This document shows positions 25,719 through 27,338 of a stretch of DNA of 27,338 nt, one piece after another. The position numbers were made by a program, and so were the translations under genes. This DNA is from an archaeon (GTDB lineage Archaea; Iainarchaeota; Iainarchaeia; Iainarchaeales; 0-14-0-20-34-12). Under the pieces are notes generated by a model. It made no database searches and was not told the origin of the DNA. It worked only from the letters and a program-made list of their open reading frames with translations. Within the stretch, counting starts at the first letter, position 1; the number at the start of each line of letters is the position of its first letter. Location of the stretch: contig JBBSVU010000015.1 of assembly GCA_038046645.1 (NCBI GenBank), positions 1 through 27,338 on the forward strand, read 5' to 3'.

Positions 25719-26384
25719 ATGAACTCAAAAGTCTTTGGATTGAAATTTTTGGCATATCGTTTACTGTTTTTTTCTTTAATTCTATTAATGTTTAGTGCGA
25801 GTGTTTTTTCTGCAGAAACAGCCCCGCTTGCAGTAATCGAAATGAATGAAACCTCTACAATGACTATTCTGCCAAATGGTGACGCACAGGTAAAGGAAGA
25901 TATTGCACTGACTGCAACAGCCTTTGCAGCATTTAAGCAGCAGTATCCTGCCCTTAGCATGTTTGCCCGTGTCTTTGAACCTAAGAATATGCCCCTGCTG
26001 CTTGAAAACCTTGATGTAAAGGTTGATGAATTTAACAACAAAATAACAGCTTCTTACCTAGTAAAAGGAATGTCAGTGAACAAGGACAGCCATTGGGAGA
26101 TTGTTGTTGCTGCTGAATCAATAAAACCAACGCTTTCAGCGCAGACAGCCAATGCATTGGTTTTTACATATGCTGACCAGGGCAGTGACTACAAAAAAAT
26201 GATAACAACAACCATTAACCTGCCAGATGGCGTAAGCAATATCTCTTTTGATGCTGAATCAAACAAGGTAAAATATGAGCTGCCATATTCTGAAGGTTTT
26301 TCAATGGGAAATATTCTCTTCCTGATTATTGCCGTGCTTGCAATTGCTGCCGCAATATACAACCAGACAAAGCTGAATTACTGA
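25719..26384 (+). CDS. Exported protein with signal peptide and C-terminal TM anchor, unknown function
   Basis: Hydrophobic N-terminus ending VFSA, beta-rich body, C-terminal ILFLIIAVLAIAAAIY; 1 bp from the upstream gene. Confidence 0.75.
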   Translation: MNSKVFGLKFLAYRLLFFSLILLMFSASVFSAETAPLAVIEMNETSTMTILPNGDAQVKEDIALTATAFAAFKQQYPALSMFARVFEPKNMPLLLENLDVKVDEFNNKITASYLVKGMSVNKDSHWEIVVAAESIKPTLSAQTANALVFTYADQGSDYKKMITTTINLPDGVSNISFDAESNKVKYELPYSEGFSMGNILFLIIAVLAIAAAIYNQTKLNY

Positions 26385-26440
26385 AAAAGTTTATTCTGTG
26401 GCAAAAGCAACTCAGCAATTTTGGGCAACTGTATTCCAGC

Positions 26441-26563
26441 TTAACATCCCGGCGGCATTGGCCAAGGCCCTTGCGGTGGGCAAATCTTAAAAATTATCAG
26501 TAACGCCACAAGAACAATCAGAATTCCTAAAACAATGAATGTAATTTTTGTTATTTTTTCCAT
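26441..26563 (-). CDS. 40-aa membrane peptide or truncated gene ending CPPQGPWPMPPGC; absent from the ORF track
   Basis: Manual translation MEKITKITFIVLGILIVLVALLIIFKICPPQGPWPMPPGC*. Confidence 0.55.
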   Translation of the reverse strand: MEKITKITFIVLGILIVLVALLIIFKICPPQGPWPMPPGC

Positions 26564-26687
26564 GACAGAACAATTAGAGCATATTATTTAAAAAACTGCT
26601 TGTTAATGTTGCCGAGGCAGCGGAATTATAAAAAGGCTTCTTTTAGCAATAGCAACTCAGTAGTTACTTCAACTTTAAATTTTAGAT

Positions 26688-27338
26688 TTATTGCAGTGAT
26701 TTATACCACTGGCTTAACACTTCTTCAGCAGGTTTGCCGCGAATGTTGTATTCTTTGGTCAGCGGAAATTCATCCGGCCAGTAAGTAAAAGGATAAACTC
26801 CGGTAATATAAGAGGACTGGGAAACCGCATTCATTATTGCCTCAAAACCCATTGCCTGTTCCTCTAAATCAAGTTTGTATTTGTCAGAATAAGGTTCCCA
26901 AACAGCGGTTGCCGCGTCATCAACTCCCGCGCCCATCAATCCTCCGTCAACGCTCGGATAAGCAACCTGTTGAAAAATAATCGGTTTTTTGTATTTTTCA
27001 TATAATGGCTTTAATCTTAAATCAAAAATTATTTTAACATTGGCATTTAATTCTTCCTGCGTTGGATTGTTTTTGTCAGTAAGGCCAGCCCACCAGTTAA
27101 TGCCAAAGAAATCGGCCTGTCCCATAAATGGCATACTATCCGTGTTTGACCAAATATCCGGGATATTACTTCCAATCATCTCTCCGCCCATATTAAGACC
27201 GCGACCGAGCTTTCCCTTATAAGCGGATTTTGCCTTGCTGTAAATTGCTTCCAATCTTTCTTTGTAATCCGCCGGTCTTTTGTCAGGCGGTGCCCCCACC
27301 ACTATCGAGTCGCCGGTGATAACCAAATATTCAACATT
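26688..27338 (-). CDS. C-terminal part of a GH113 / GTA-TIM-barrel-like protein (5' end outside the window)
   Basis: Frame open to the window edge; DFFGINWW, KPIIFQQVAYPSVDG, DLEEQA, GKPAEEVLSQWY. Confidence 0.72.
   Translation of the reverse strand, partial: NVEYLVITGDSIVVGAPPDKRPADYKERLEAIYSKAKSAYKGKLGRGLNMGGEMIGSNIPDIWSNTDSMPFMGQADFFGINWWAGLTDKNNPTQEELNANVKIIFDLRLKPLYEKYKKPIIFQQVAYPSVDGGLMGAGVDDAATAVWEPYSDKYKLDLEEQAMGFEAIMNAVSQSSYITGVYPFTYWPDEFPLTKEYNIRGKPAEEVLSQWYKSLQ

Noticed and set aside
1383..27222. Numerous 60-170 aa ORFs nested in or antisense to the called genes (e.g. 1383-1835, 2440-2772, 15783-16304, 25664-26041)
   Set aside because: Shadow frames of well-supported genes with no independent motifs

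Overview
AT-rich archaeal chromosome segment. The gene set (class I LysRS, FEN1, aMBF1, L21e, L40e, Rpo4, AMP phosphorylase, solo Cas4) and many small toxin-antitoxin (TA)-like pairs suggest a DPANN archaeon, possibly Iainarchaeota/Diapherotrites (inference). Housekeeping blocks are tRNA-Glu/rpl40e/UbiA/pcm, fen-lysS, mbf1-S2P protease and rpl21e-rpo4-DUF655-rsmA-like. They are interleaved with accessory genes: an Asp-box propeller protein, a TrmB-flanked HD + phosphohistidine-domain operon before AMP phosphorylase, four TA-like modules and several surface proteins. The main observations are five. (1) A 16-nt motif is present three times (inverted plus mirror) directly 5' of tRNA-Glu, with the geometry of a U.A-U triple helix reminiscent of MALAT1/mascRNA. 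(2) A queuosine-salvage (QNG1/DUF2419) homolog sits 10 bp behind lysS in an archaeon. (3) In three of the four TA-like pairs the toxin gene is broken while the regulator and a palindromic operator remain intact. (4) The RsmA/KsgA homolog has lost its SAM-binding and catalytic motifs. (5) Two clan GH-A-like surface proteins have altered catalytic residues. All family assignments come from motif recognition by eye; no searches were run.
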